Shown here piece after piece: positions 9,258-19,600 of a stretch of DNA of 50,898 nucleotides. The position numbers and the translations under genes were made by a program. The notes under the pieces are model-generated. The model was not told the origin of the DNA. It worked only from the letters and a program-made list of their open reading frames with translations, and did not search any database. The DNA is from a virus (taxonomy: Duplodnaviria > Caudoviricetes): the IMG/VR virus record IMGVR_UViG_3300030372_003784, positions 1 to 50,898 of that record; one strand, 5' to 3'. Each line of letters begins with the position of its first letter. The stretch's first letter is position 1.

Positions 9258-10554
9258 GTAGTGCTTCTAGATTTTTTATTTTACTATTTATTGTTTTCAT
9301 TACCCTTTCCTCAACAGAACCAGCAGCTACTAAAACTTTTTGTATAGCGTCTGATTTAGCCCCATTCCTATGTATTCTCCCTAAAGTTTGTAGGTGGTTC
9401 TTTGCAGAAAAACAAGGACTGATAAGGCTTACCCTTGGCCTATTCCCATTTATATCATGTAAAGAAACACCAGTACCACCTGCTGCGATGTTGCACACAA
9501 TCAAATGTTCTTTGTCTTTTTGAAAATCATCAATTGCTCTTTGTCTTTCATCAGCCGTTTGATTGCCTTGTATACTTGGGCAATTAAGTTTTTCACATAA
9601 CGCTGCAAGAGAATCAGCAAAATTCACAAATATGACTACAGAGTTTCCTTGCTTAACAAGATCTTCTGCAATATCTACAAGGTCTGGAACTTTAAAGGAT
9701 TCAGCAAGTTGCCTAGCTCTAAGTATATCAACTATAGCAAACCCACTATTTTCTAAAGACTTTTTGTCTAGTATGAAGGCTTCAATAATTGCAGGCGTTA
9801 TACCTAACTCTTCATATGATTTTATAATATCTTTAGTTTTACTAAATTGAGTTGGCTCTACAAAAACTCTATTGTCCCTAAAAGAATCTGGAAAGTCTTC
9901 AACAGTCAACTTGTGACCTGTTACACCATATATTTCATTTTTAACATGTTGTAATTTTTCACGGCTAATTAACCTCCACTGATTCCATTGGTCTTGAGCA
10001 CAGCCATTTTGCAACATCCAAGAAAACCAATTTCGTTTTAAACCTTCTGTCTTATTAAGACTATGTAGTCCTAACATATATCCTATAGATCTCATCTCTG
10101 TAGGATCTTCACAAGCCGTTGCACTTAGCCCATGTACTTTGTACCCTTGTTGTACTAATGAAATGAGTAGTTGTGCATTTTGTGTGAATGGTCCTTTTGC
10201 CTTATGTATCTCATCTACAATAATCAAAGTGTCTTTAGGTAAATGCCACTGCATTATTTTCTTACCTCTTTTTGTCATGAAGGGTTTTTTACCCCTACGA
10301 ATAAGCTCATAGTTAATGACAAAAAGTAGTTTATCTTTAGGTATGCCAAACTCTTCTAACTCCCTTGTCCATGAAGGTATAACGGCTTTTGGGCATATTA
10401 CAGCAACATGACAATCAAGTTCTTTAGCTATAAACGCTGATACTACAGTTTTACCAGTACCTACACTTGATGTATCAATGGTATTGTTACCTTTCGACAA
10501 AGATTCTAGGAAAAAGCAAGCAGCCTCCGCTTGCTTAGGGTAAAGCGTTTTCAT
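9250..10554 (-). CDS. superfamily 2 DNA helicase (SNF2-like)
   Basis: VGTGKT, DEIH, SAT, GGTGVSL and QTLGRIHR motifs. Confidence 0.9.
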   Translation of the reverse strand: MKTLYPKQAEAACFFLESLSKGNNTIDTSSVGTGKTVVSAFIAKELDCHVAVICPKAVIPSWTRELEEFGIPKDKLLFVINYELIRRGKKPFMTKRGKKIMQWHLPKDTLIIVDEIHKAKGPFTQNAQLLISLVQQGYKVHGLSATACEDPTEMRSIGYMLGLHSLNKTEGLKRNWFSWMLQNGCAQDQWNQWRLISREKLQHVKNEIYGVTGHKLTVEDFPDSFRDNRVFVEPTQFSKTKDIIKSYEELGITPAIIEAFILDKKSLENSGFAIVDILRARQLAESFKVPDLVDIAEDLVKQGNSVVIFVNFADSLAALCEKLNCPSIQGNQTADERQRAIDDFQKDKEHLIVCNIAAGGTGVSLHDINGNRPRVSLISPCFSAKNHLQTLGRIHRNGAKSDAIQKVLVAAGSVEERVMKTINSKIKNLEALHG

Positions 10555-10561
10555 TTGTCTT

Positions 10562-10590
10562 GCTATACCATATTGGGAAAGACGTGTCTA
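10562..10590 (-). promoter_or_regulatory. putative sigma70-type promoter for the helicase/replication genes
   Basis: Minus strand TAGACA-N17-TATAGC with a TG one base upstream of the -10, ending 7 nt before the ATG. Confidence 0.45.
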
Positions 10591-11109
10591 ATCTTTTTTA
10601 TGCCAATCTTTAACAAACTTTTCTGATTTCCTTATGTAGCAGGCTATTAAATAAGCATCCACCATTCCATCATGAGCCTTAGAACATCGTTTACTTTTTA
10701 GCCAACACTCTTCAGGAGCTAATAGGTTGGCTACACCTAATGCAGCTTTCTTTGTATCATATGGAGGTGATAGGTGCCCTAGCATAGATTTTTGCCAATT
10801 GTGTACTTTAACACAACGCACATCCCATTGTTTAGTTTCTGCCATACCTAACAATTTACCGAAAGATATTCCCATAGACCTTACGGCTTGAGAAGATTTA
10901 GCGTGGTGTAATGGCTCTTCTATTGCGACAGTAAACTGACTAGGAAAAGGGTCACACCCTAAGATCCATTGATAAACTTTATAAGTATCGATTTCTCTTT
11001 TCTTACAACGATGCAGTGTTGGCATTACTGTTTTAGCTATGACAGCCCCTGTTTGTTTTGATATGGCTACTAGACCCCCATTAAGACCATTATCTATCCC
11101 TATAATCAT
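10588..11109 (-). CDS. RuvC-like Holliday junction resolvase
   Basis: IIGIDNG, IEE, FG, W.K and HDGMVDAYLIA acidic catalytic pattern. Confidence 0.85.
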   Translation of the reverse strand: MIIGIDNGLNGGLVAISKQTGAVIAKTVMPTLHRCKKREIDTYKVYQWILGCDPFPSQFTVAIEEPLHHAKSSQAVRSMGISFGKLLGMAETKQWDVRCVKVHNWQKSMLGHLSPPYDTKKAALGVANLLAPEECWLKSKRCSKAHDGMVDAYLIACYIRKSEKFVKDWHKKD

Positions 11110-11357
11110 AACCCTATGATATCTCTTTCTCTAATTAAAAGACCATCACCTTCTGAGGGCACAAACACAGAAATATTTTTATCTAAAAGTTGAAGATAAT
11201 AAATTTCTCTATAGCTACTTGGAATTACTAAATAGAAAACACCTAACTGAGTTACATTGCCAAACTTAAAATCTTTGTTTGGAAGATCTTCTCTAATAGC
11301 AACTAAAGGATTTTCTACCTTAACCCTATTCTGAAACATTTGTGATTGGCTCATCAT
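11106..11357 (-). CDS. hypothetical protein
   Basis: ORF with ATGA overlap into the resolvase gene. Confidence 0.6.
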   Translation of the reverse strand: MMSQSQMFQNRVKVENPLVAIREDLPNKDFKFGNVTQLGVFYLVIPSSYREIYYLQLLDKNISVFVPSEGDGLLIRERDIIGL

Positions 11358-11598
11358 CTAAGAAGACAGGTGTTGCATCTCCCATGTCTGTTTGTAAGTA
11401 TTCATATTCATATCTCTTTCGAGCTTCTTTCTCACTTATTTCAAAATTCTTCTGTAAGTACTCAAGCGTTAACTGCTTCGAGTAACATGCTACAGGTGGC
11501 CTGCCAAAGGTTTCAACTGTACCTATAAAGGCATCATTCAAACCTGAAAATTGTATGGTAAAATTATCTGGGTTTTCATAAGAATTATTATCCATCAT
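11326..11598 (-). CDS. conserved hypothetical phage protein
   Basis: GLNDAFIG...VACYS...EA...YEY...GDATPVF pattern seen in many phage small proteins. Confidence 0.7.
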   Translation of the reverse strand: MMDNNSYENPDNFTIQFSGLNDAFIGTVETFGRPPVACYSKQLTLEYLQKNFEISEKEARKRYEYEYLQTDMGDATPVFLDDEPITNVSE

Positions 11599-12193
11599 TT
11601 TTTTCTTCTAATGTTTCAACATCAATAATTTTTACATCTTGTACCTTTGGCGAGTCTTTTTTAGATCCATTCAAGATAGATATATCAATGTGCATGCTTC
11701 CTGCAACACCTGTCTTTTTATCAATGTTCAAATTCCTTCTTATCATTTGATCCAGAACATCTAGATCTTTAATTGTTCTAGCGTGTTTTATATTCTTTAG
11801 GCTTTGCTTTAGTAATTGGATTCCAGAAGCTGCCATATACGCTTGATACTGTTCTGCTGGAGAGCTCTGTGCTTCAGCTAATTCTTCAATATCTTTAGTC
11901 TCTTGTACTTTTTCGTCATGCGTTTTTATACACTCCTCTAATTTTTCTTCAGCCTCATTTTTAACTTCAATGTCTTCTTCCTCAAAAGCTTTCTGAAGTG
12001 CTTCATCTTCTTCTACCTTTTTATTTTTATCATACCTACTTGTTTTAGCCATAACACCAGCACTTCTTAACCATCTACGTACGGTGCTTACATGAATGTT
12101 CAGCTCACGAGATATACTTACAACCTTATAACCATCATTATAAAGTTGTATAGCTCTGTGAAGTAGTTCAGCTTTCTGCTTAATCTTGCTCAA
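11588..12193 (-). CDS. HTH DNA-binding protein, candidate terminase small subunit
   Basis: N-terminal HTH (AIQLY..G...ISRELNIHVSTVRRWL), coiled middle and IIDVE tail; head-to-head with terL; TTG start. Confidence 0.55.
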   Translation of the reverse strand: MSKIKQKAELLHRAIQLYNDGYKVVSISRELNIHVSTVRRWLRSAGVMAKTSRYDKNKKVEEDEALQKAFEEEDIEVKNEAEEKLEECIKTHDEKVQETKDIEELAEAQSSPAEQYQAYMAASGIQLLKQSLKNIKHARTIKDLDVLDQMIRRNLNIDKKTGVAGSMHIDISILNGSKKDSPKVQDVKIIDVETLEEKNDG

Positions 12194-12229
12194 TCTATAT
12201 AATTATACTATTTTTATACATATAATCAA
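12186..12229. promoter_or_regulatory. overlapping divergent promoters between the HTH gene and terL
   Basis: Minus strand TTGATT-N16-TATAAT (12229-12202); plus strand TTGCTC-N17-TATTTT (12186-12214) and TATAAT at 12221. Confidence 0.45.
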
Positions 12230-12234
12230 GTTCT

Positions 12235-14001
12235 ATGGCTAGCACACTACATGTATATGAACCTCGAATAGATCCAACTACTAAGAAGATGGATGTTGGA
12301 GGTTTACTTATATCACCAACAAACACACTAACAGCTCTTTTATATGGGCTGTCTCATCACGATTCTAACAAAGCAAAAGAATATTATTTTTGGAGACTTT
12401 GCGATATCTTGTGGAATAACGATGACTTACCAGAGAAGATGATGGTTAAACATCCTTGGGCAGAGGATATGATCAAAGCAGTTATCCGTAATAAGTATGT
12501 GGCAATAGGTGGTGCTGCTTCGTCTGGTAAATCACATACAATGGCTGCCTGGGGTATACTTAACTGGTTAGCTGCTCCAAGAGACACACTAGTTCTTTTA
12601 ACATCAACCACGTTACGTGAGGCTCGTAAACGTATTTGGGGATCTGTAATCAGTTTATTGTCTGTTATTGAAGGTGCCCCATTAAAAGTAAGAGATTCTA
12701 TTGGTAATGTTGCTTATATAAATGAGCAGGGGAACTTAATAGAGCGAGCAGGTTTATCTTTGATTGCTGCTGAACGATCTAAAACAAGGGAAGCCGTTGG
12801 TAAATTTATTGGAATAAAGCAGAAGAAAGTAATTCTTATTGGGGATGAGCTCGCTGAATTAAGTGAAGCTATACTACAAGCAGGACTATCAAACTTATCA
12901 AAAAACCCTTCATTTCAGTTAATTGGCATGTCTAACCCATCTAGTAGGTTTGATGCTTTTGGTGTTTGGAGTGAACCAAAACATGGTTGGGATTCAGTAG
13001 ATACAAATATTGATGATAAATGGAAAACTAAATGGGGTGGTCAGTATGTGCGTTTTGATGCAGAAAGAAGCCCTAATATCAAAGCTGGAGAGACTGTATA
13101 TCCTTGGTTACCAACGGCAGAAAAGTTAGCTGAAGATAAAGCTTTATTGGGTTCAGAATCAAGGGGTTACATGCGTATGGTTCGTGCTGTTTTCTTTGAT
13201 TCGGATGAGACAGATGGTATTTATACGGAGGCAGAAATAACTCGTTCAGGATCAATGGGGTCTGTTGAATGGTCTGGTACACCAATACCGATTGCTGGTT
13301 TAGACCCTGCTTTTACTAATGGTGGGGATAGGACAATACTATATACAGGACTAGTTGGGTATGATAACACAGGTCAGTATGTGGTTGAGTTGCAAGATTC
13401 AATACACATTAATGACGATGCCACCAACAAAGCGGTCCCCCGCACGTACCAAATAGTTCGTCAGGTGAAAGACATATGCTTGAAGAAAGGTGTTCAGGCT
13501 CAAGATCTTGCGGTTGATGCAACAGGTGCTGGTGCTCCTTTTTGCGACGTTCTAGCTGGTGAGTGGTCAGATCAAATTCTAAGGGTTTCTTTTGGTGGTA
13601 AGGCATCAGATCAACGGGTTTCTTCTAATAGTAAACAAAGAGGGCAGGAATTATACATGAATAGGGTCAGCGAACTTTGGTTTGTTGGCAAAGAGTTAAT
13701 GCGAACAAAACAATTTTTTGGCATTACTAATGATTTAGCTCAGGAAATAACGGGTAGGAATTATGATATGGTGAAGGGATCTAGTTTGAGAATGAAGATT
13801 GAGTCTAAAGTAGAGTACAAATCTAAGTTTGGTAAGAGTCCTGACTTAGCTGATGCGGCTTTTTTATGTCTTGATTTAGCCCGACAACGTCACGGCCTTG
13901 TGGCAGTAGACCCACCTGAAGACAATTCTTTAGGAACTAGGGTAGCAAAGAAACGCACGATTAAAAAGTTAGCTTCAATACTTACTGTAGATACAATATA
14001 A
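12235..14001 (+). CDS. terL: terminase large subunit
   Basis: Walker A GAASSGKS, Walker B ILIGDE, MSNP coupling motif; nuclease GLDPA, DATG.G and SPDLADA. Confidence 0.9.
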   Translation: MASTLHVYEPRIDPTTKKMDVGGLLISPTNTLTALLYGLSHHDSNKAKEYYFWRLCDILWNNDDLPEKMMVKHPWAEDMIKAVIRNKYVAIGGAASSGKSHTMAAWGILNWLAAPRDTLVLLTSTTLREARKRIWGSVISLLSVIEGAPLKVRDSIGNVAYINEQGNLIERAGLSLIAAERSKTREAVGKFIGIKQKKVILIGDELAELSEAILQAGLSNLSKNPSFQLIGMSNPSSRFDAFGVWSEPKHGWDSVDTNIDDKWKTKWGGQYVRFDAERSPNIKAGETVYPWLPTAEKLAEDKALLGSESRGYMRMVRAVFFDSDETDGIYTEAEITRSGSMGSVEWSGTPIPIAGLDPAFTNGGDRTILYTGLVGYDNTGQYVVELQDSIHINDDATNKAVPRTYQIVRQVKDICLKKGVQAQDLAVDATGAGAPFCDVLAGEWSDQILRVSFGGKASDQRVSSNSKQRGQELYMNRVSELWFVGKELMRTKQFFGITNDLAQEITGRNYDMVKGSSLRMKIESKVEYKSKFGKSPDLADAAFLCLDLARQRHGLVAVDPPEDNSLGTRVAKKRTIKKLASILTVDTI

Positions 14002-14064
14002 GTACTACGTATTTACGATGTATATGAATTTCAATTTGACATCCTACATAAAAGTTTCCCCTGC

Positions 14065-14110
14065 AAGCGTATGTCATTTGTTCTGTTAGTAGAATAAATG
14101 ACATACGCTT
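14065..14110. repeat. palindromic element, copy A (20-bp stem)
   Basis: AAGCGTATGTCATTTGTTCT-gttagt-AGAATAAATGACATACGCTT; its 41-nt core matches 41240-41280 at 35 of 41 positions. Confidence 0.85.
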
Positions 14111-14191
14111 TATAGAAAATATTTTATAGTAGTGGTTTGGTTTCCAAGTTAGCTAGTTGAAAAACTCAATAAAAAGATTAAATTTACTATT

Positions 14192-15451
14192 ATGGCTTTA
14201 AATTATAAGGATCTAACTTCTAAAGAAAAAGACAACTATGCTTCACAGGTTGCTAAACAGTTACAACGAGCTTTCAGGACTAAACTAGGTGTAACAGGAC
14301 CTATAAGTGGTACGGATGAAAAAGCCGTATCTAGTATTCTTAAAGATTTAAGGGGGATAGGTTCTTCTGACTTAATAAATAGAATTTCAAATGCTCGCCA
14401 ACTTATTGATAATAAAGGGAGGGTTTCAAATAAAAAATATTTTCCTGATGGGTTGCGAGAAGCTTTAAAAAATGAGTATTCAGGATCAGCAGAAGATAAC
14501 ATTCTTCGTCAATTTGGATATGCTTCAGATAAACTATTTAGAGATTCAGAAGATGAAACTTTTTTAAGGAGAAAAGGTTTAGATACAGATAAGTCTTATT
14601 TTGATTTGCTTGGAGGTATTAAAAAAGGCACCTCTACTGGTAATATTCCAGACACAATGCCTGTATTTGATCCTGATGTACAGAAAAGAGTAACAAGACT
14701 AGCCAACGAAGCAACCAACAAATCAATCGGTGAAGAGCTGGGTAAAATGATGCAACAAAAAGCTAGCTCAGGCTCATCAACTTCTGATCCAGCTCCAGCT
14801 TCAGGCTCAGGCTCATCTCCAGGCTCAGGCTCATCTCCAGAGGATCTTAGTAAGCCAGAGGATATTAGTAAGAGAAAGTTTACTGGACCCTATTTAAATA
14901 GTCTGTTTCCCGATGAATCAAACTATCAAACGATGACAGCACGTCAACTTATTAATGCTGGTCTAGCCAACAAAGATCAAATTCAAAATTATAAAAATTT
15001 CCCTAGTGTGCGAGGAGAGAATAATGAAGTATCAGAACAACAAAAGCAAATAGCCAAAAGATTACAAGGCACAAGCGACCCTGCTAAAGAAGTGTTGTCA
15101 CAAAAAGATAAGATTGCCCGTATTAGATCTAACTTTGCAAATAAAAGACAAGCAGACTTCCAAACTCAAAAGAACAAGAGTAGGCAATTTGTTGATGAGA
15201 TTCTTGATGACCCTCGTCGCTGGAAGATGACGGGTTCTACTCCGTCAGGAGAAGGAAGGACTGTTAACCGTATGATGACTGGAGATCCATCAGGCCGTAG
15301 AGATATCCGCAGTGCTGCTGCACAGGAATCAGAAAGAGGTAGGAGAAGATTTTTTGATAATCGTAGGCGTAAGCGTGAAGCACGTCGTAATCGTCGTAAC
15401 AATCCTGTTGCTATGAACACAAGAAATATGCCAAATAACTACACCGCATAA
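14192..15451 (+). CDS. putative internal virion protein with N-terminal annexin-like repeat
   Basis: Position before the giant virion protein; A..L..A...GTDE..V..IL...L...LKNEYSG motif; SGSGSSP low-complexity linker; Arg-rich C-terminus. Confidence 0.5.
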   Translation: MALNYKDLTSKEKDNYASQVAKQLQRAFRTKLGVTGPISGTDEKAVSSILKDLRGIGSSDLINRISNARQLIDNKGRVSNKKYFPDGLREALKNEYSGSAEDNILRQFGYASDKLFRDSEDETFLRRKGLDTDKSYFDLLGGIKKGTSTGNIPDTMPVFDPDVQKRVTRLANEATNKSIGEELGKMMQQKASSGSSTSDPAPASGSGSSPGSGSSPEDLSKPEDISKRKFTGPYLNSLFPDESNYQTMTARQLINAGLANKDQIQNYKNFPSVRGENNEVSEQQKQIAKRLQGTSDPAKEVLSQKDKIARIRSNFANKRQADFQTQKNKSRQFVDEILDDPRRWKMTGSTPSGEGRTVNRMMTGDPSGRRDIRSAAAQESERGRRRFFDNRRRKREARRNRRNNPVAMNTRNMPNNYTA

Positions 15452-16596
15452 TGGCCTTTTCATTACAAAGAGAGTCTAGCAAATTACGTAATGCTGCTAG
15501 GCGACTAAGAAAGAAAGGTTACTCTGGTGAAGCAGGTAAGATGATGGCTGCTTCTGAAATGGCCAGAATGCGAGAGCCTAACATTATGACTCCTGAGTTT
15601 AGGAGAGCAGAAGCCTCATCACAGACGGCATTGAGGAATGCACAGTTAGCTGCATCTAGCCCTGACTTTGATCCCGTTAGAGATATCCAACCTTTGAAGC
15701 AACAGTTTTTTAGGTCTAGTGCTTTATTACCTGCGAGTCAACAATCAATGGTAACTGCTAAGTTTGGTTCACAAATGGATGCTATTACTCAGTCTTCTAC
15801 AAGAGATGCTGCTGCAAGAAAACAGATGAGAGCTCAAGACTTAGCTTTCCAAGCTTCCCAAAGAAAGTTTAAAGAAGATAAGCGTCAATTAAAACAACAA
15901 CGTAAACTTGAAAAAGCTTTACCTGACGTTGGTAAAAGATTAGATAGTATCATACAGAGTGTTGATACGCCTGAGCAAAAACAAAAGAAAGTTTTATCTG
16001 AAGCATTTTCAAATCCTAAGTTATATGCTTTACCTGCTGCATCTGCGGCTATTGGTAGTGCTATGGGATTAATCCAACAACAAGATGCAAAAGTTAATAG
16101 GAAGCAAGAAAGGGATACAGATCTCAGTGTTATTGCTGCCCGTTTAGGTGCTACTGATGCGATTGATTTAATCAAACAAGGTAACCTTGGAGATGCTATA
16201 AAAATAATTGGTCAGAAAGTTGATCAAACTAAAACTGATGAGCTTAGTGCAAGAGGCTTTTTAAGAAAACAAGGAGATATAAAATCAAGGTTAACAACAT
16301 TTGAAGCTGCTGTGAAAGAACTCAGAGGTGAAGATAGTTTATTTTTAGATCCTAAAGATGTAGCCACTGCACTGACATTAGCTAAAGGGCAATTGTTACC
16401 AACAGATAAAAAATTAATTGAAGAGTTTAATAAACTTATAGAACAATTATTAGCTAAAGATGAGTTTACAGATAACGACCCAATCCTTGAAGAGATGAAA
16501 AGACTATTGAGAGCGGGTGGTGAAAGCCTTGGTCCTAATAGAACGATGCAGTCTGCTACCCCTGTGCAAACTACCAGGAGTGAAATGGGTCTTTAA
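15451..16596 (+). CDS. putative internal virion (ejection) protein
   Basis: Ala/Gln/Lys-rich helical composition, TAATG overlap, position in a three-gene core-protein-like cluster. Confidence 0.5.
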   Translation: MAFSLQRESSKLRNAARRLRKKGYSGEAGKMMAASEMARMREPNIMTPEFRRAEASSQTALRNAQLAASSPDFDPVRDIQPLKQQFFRSSALLPASQQSMVTAKFGSQMDAITQSSTRDAAARKQMRAQDLAFQASQRKFKEDKRQLKQQRKLEKALPDVGKRLDSIIQSVDTPEQKQKKVLSEAFSNPKLYALPAASAAIGSAMGLIQQQDAKVNRKQERDTDLSVIAARLGATDAIDLIKQGNLGDAIKIIGQKVDQTKTDELSARGFLRKQGDIKSRLTTFEAAVKELRGEDSLFLDPKDVATALTLAKGQLLPTDKKLIEEFNKLIEQLLAKDEFTDNDPILEEMKRLLRAGGESLGPNRTMQSATPVQTTRSEMGL

Positions 16597-16613
16597 TAAA
16601 AAAAATTAATATC

Positions 16614-19600
16614 GTGTCAGAAACTATTTTTCCAGAATTAGCACCACCTACTTATTCAACACCTGAAACACCTGCAACAGCTCCTATATTAAAATTTAAC
16701 GAGTGGCAACAAACAGAAGCAGAAGGTATAGAAGATTTAAAGGATCAAGAAAGAAGCTACTTTGATTATTTTAGGTTGGAGAAATTTAAAAGGGATGAGT
16801 TAACTCCATCAACGGAAGCTGATATTAGGCAACTTTATTTTGAAAACTTAGGTGTTGAGCCTGATCTTAGTGAAGAAGAAAGATCTCAGATTGGGTTACA
16901 ATCAACGGCTTTCAAACCTTCTTTAGATCAACAAATTGAGTTAGTTAAAGGTGGGTATGGTGAAAAAGAAATTCAACCTTTTTTAGATCTCCCTGAAGTA
17001 GATCAAAACAAAAAGTTTTCTGATGCTAAGGAGATGCTAGTCCGTCGTGGTCAGTTATCCTTTGCGTCTTTTAAAAAAGATGGTAAGAGCTTTGTACAAG
17101 CAGGTAACTACGATAAGTTAAGTCCTAATGACATAAGTTTTGCAAAACAAGAAGCTTTATCAGCTATAGAAACTGGAGCTCTTAACCCTACAGACCTTTG
17201 GCAAGTATCACAGGGGCTTACTAAATCTGGTGTTGGTGAAAGGTCTATATTTCAAAATGAATTAGACCAAGACTTATTAGGTAAACTACAGGATATATTA
17301 ACTAAAGAAGCCAGTGGTGCAGAGTACCAACCTTTAACGGATGCTCTTGATGAAGTTATTACTACAAAAGATGAGAAGAGCTTTTTCAGTCAATTAACGG
17401 ATGATGACCCAACAAGTATTACTCAAGTACTTATTGATGAAGATCCTACTGGCATACGCTCTGTACAGAACACCTTGATAAGGTTGTTCAATGAGGATAA
17501 AGGGGTCACTACAAAAGCTAACTTTGAAAGAATATCTGACTCTGATGTTTACACAAGGGATAGAGTTATCACTTTAGTTCAAGAGTTAGCTGTTCGTCAT
17601 GCTAATGATAATAATGAATTTGCATATACTGATGACCCTAAAAGTCTAAAAGATAATATTCGTCGCTCACAACTAGGCGTGCCTATGGCAGACCCAAGGT
17701 TGATGATGCAGAGAGATAACTTTAAAAAATCATTGCTTCAACATCAAGGATTATCTGACGTTGAAAAAGACCTCCTTAAAAGACAAAGAGAGTTTTATAT
17801 GCTTTCAAGAGCTAAAAGGTTTGACAGCATACTTTCTGATTTCAGTGCCACTAGCGACAAATGGTTAACTTTAAAGACTTCCGATCCTGAAGCATTTAAA
17901 AATAATCCTGTTGAAGTTTTTGATGAATTTTTATCAGACGATGATAATTATAAATCTTTTCAGAATAAAGCTTTGGGTGTTGCTTCCTCTGTAAAGGATG
18001 CTCTTTTTGGTTTAGTAGCTAGTGTTGGTGCTCTTGCTGGTAATCAGAACGCTGTAGATTATTTGTTTGAATACCAAAAGGAGCAGCAAGAAAGAGCTGA
18101 GTTAGCAAATCTTTTTGGTGATGAGATGGGGACAACTTATCAGGTCTTATCTACAGCAACACCAATGATAGCTGATATAGGTATTACTACGTTGTTGACC
18201 ACAACAACGGCTATGGGTGGTGCAGGTTATGTTGCTGCAAAAACTGCGGCAAAGAAAATGGCTAAAGAATTAGCTGAGGACGTAGTTAAAGGCGTTAAAC
18301 CACCAATGACTTTTGGTAAAGTTTTTTCAAAAGAACTTACTAATAATTTAGGTAAAATGGGTTATCAAGTTCCTGCACTTACTACTTCTACAGCTGCTAG
18401 AATCTTTGGTAATTCTTATGCTACAATTTATTCTGCACTACCTGATGATCCAGATCTGAGTGCAGAAGAAAACCATCAATACAAAAGAGATCGTGCTTTA
18501 GGTTATGGTGCTAGAGCGGCTGTTGGAGGTGGTTTAATTACAGCAGCTTTTAGTGCGCTTGGTTTTGGTGGTTTTGAATCTGTCTTTTTAAGACGAGGCA
18601 CATTCAGACAGCTAAAGAATGTCCATGATAAGTTTGCTTCAAAGCTAAATGCTTCTTATGGGGGTGCTGGTATGAGCTCTGCTCAGTTTAAAAAGTTTTT
18701 AATTGATTCATCTAAACGGGTCAATAAAGAGTTGTTTGCTGGTTTAAAAGGAAAAGGTTTTATACCATTGACTTTAACTCGTGCTGCTGAAGAAGCAGTT
18801 GAAGAAGGTCTACAAGAAATTTTTATAGGCACAATGGAAGAAGCGGGACATAAACAAGATGTTCCTTTGCTTGATTTACTTCATCGTGGTTTAAATGCTG
18901 CTAAGGTCGGAGGAATTCTTGGTGGAGCGGCTTCTGCTGTTAGGTCTGGGGTACAAGCAATATCAGGTAAAGATACTTTTGTTGGAGATGCTGGTTTATT
19001 TGAAGCAGAGCAAGCACGTCTTATATCACAAGATAGAAAATTATTAAATAGGCTACGTGCAAATGATGCTAACTTAACGGCTGAGGTTTTAGAAGGTATA
19101 CTTTTATCTGCTCCTGCCAGAACAGGCACAGGTAGTGCAGATGGAACTACTACACCTACTACACCTACTACCCCCACCCAACCTGACGCAAGCCCTCGAA
19201 AACCTGATACTAATTTAAAAAATAAAGTAGATGAGGCTAAAAACAAGGAGGCTGCTGCAAAGAAAGAGGTTGAAGTTGCAGAAAAAAATCTGCAAGAAAA
19301 GCAATCTGGAACACCCCTTAAAAATAGTAAAGGTCAAAATGTAGGCTCAACAAAACAAGTTGACTCAGAAGCAGTAGAAGAAGCAGAGGAGAAACTTAAT
19401 CAAGCGACGACTAATTACAATGAAGCAGTAGAGACTCGTGAACTTGCTGAACAAGTTTATAAAGCTAGTACAACCCCATCAGAGGAAAAGGGAGATTTAA
19501 CTAAGGGAGATTTAACTAAGGGTGAGACGAAAACTTTAGAGAAGGTTGTCCCTTCTGAAGCATTAACAGAAGTATCAGGTTTATCTACGGTATTAAACCA

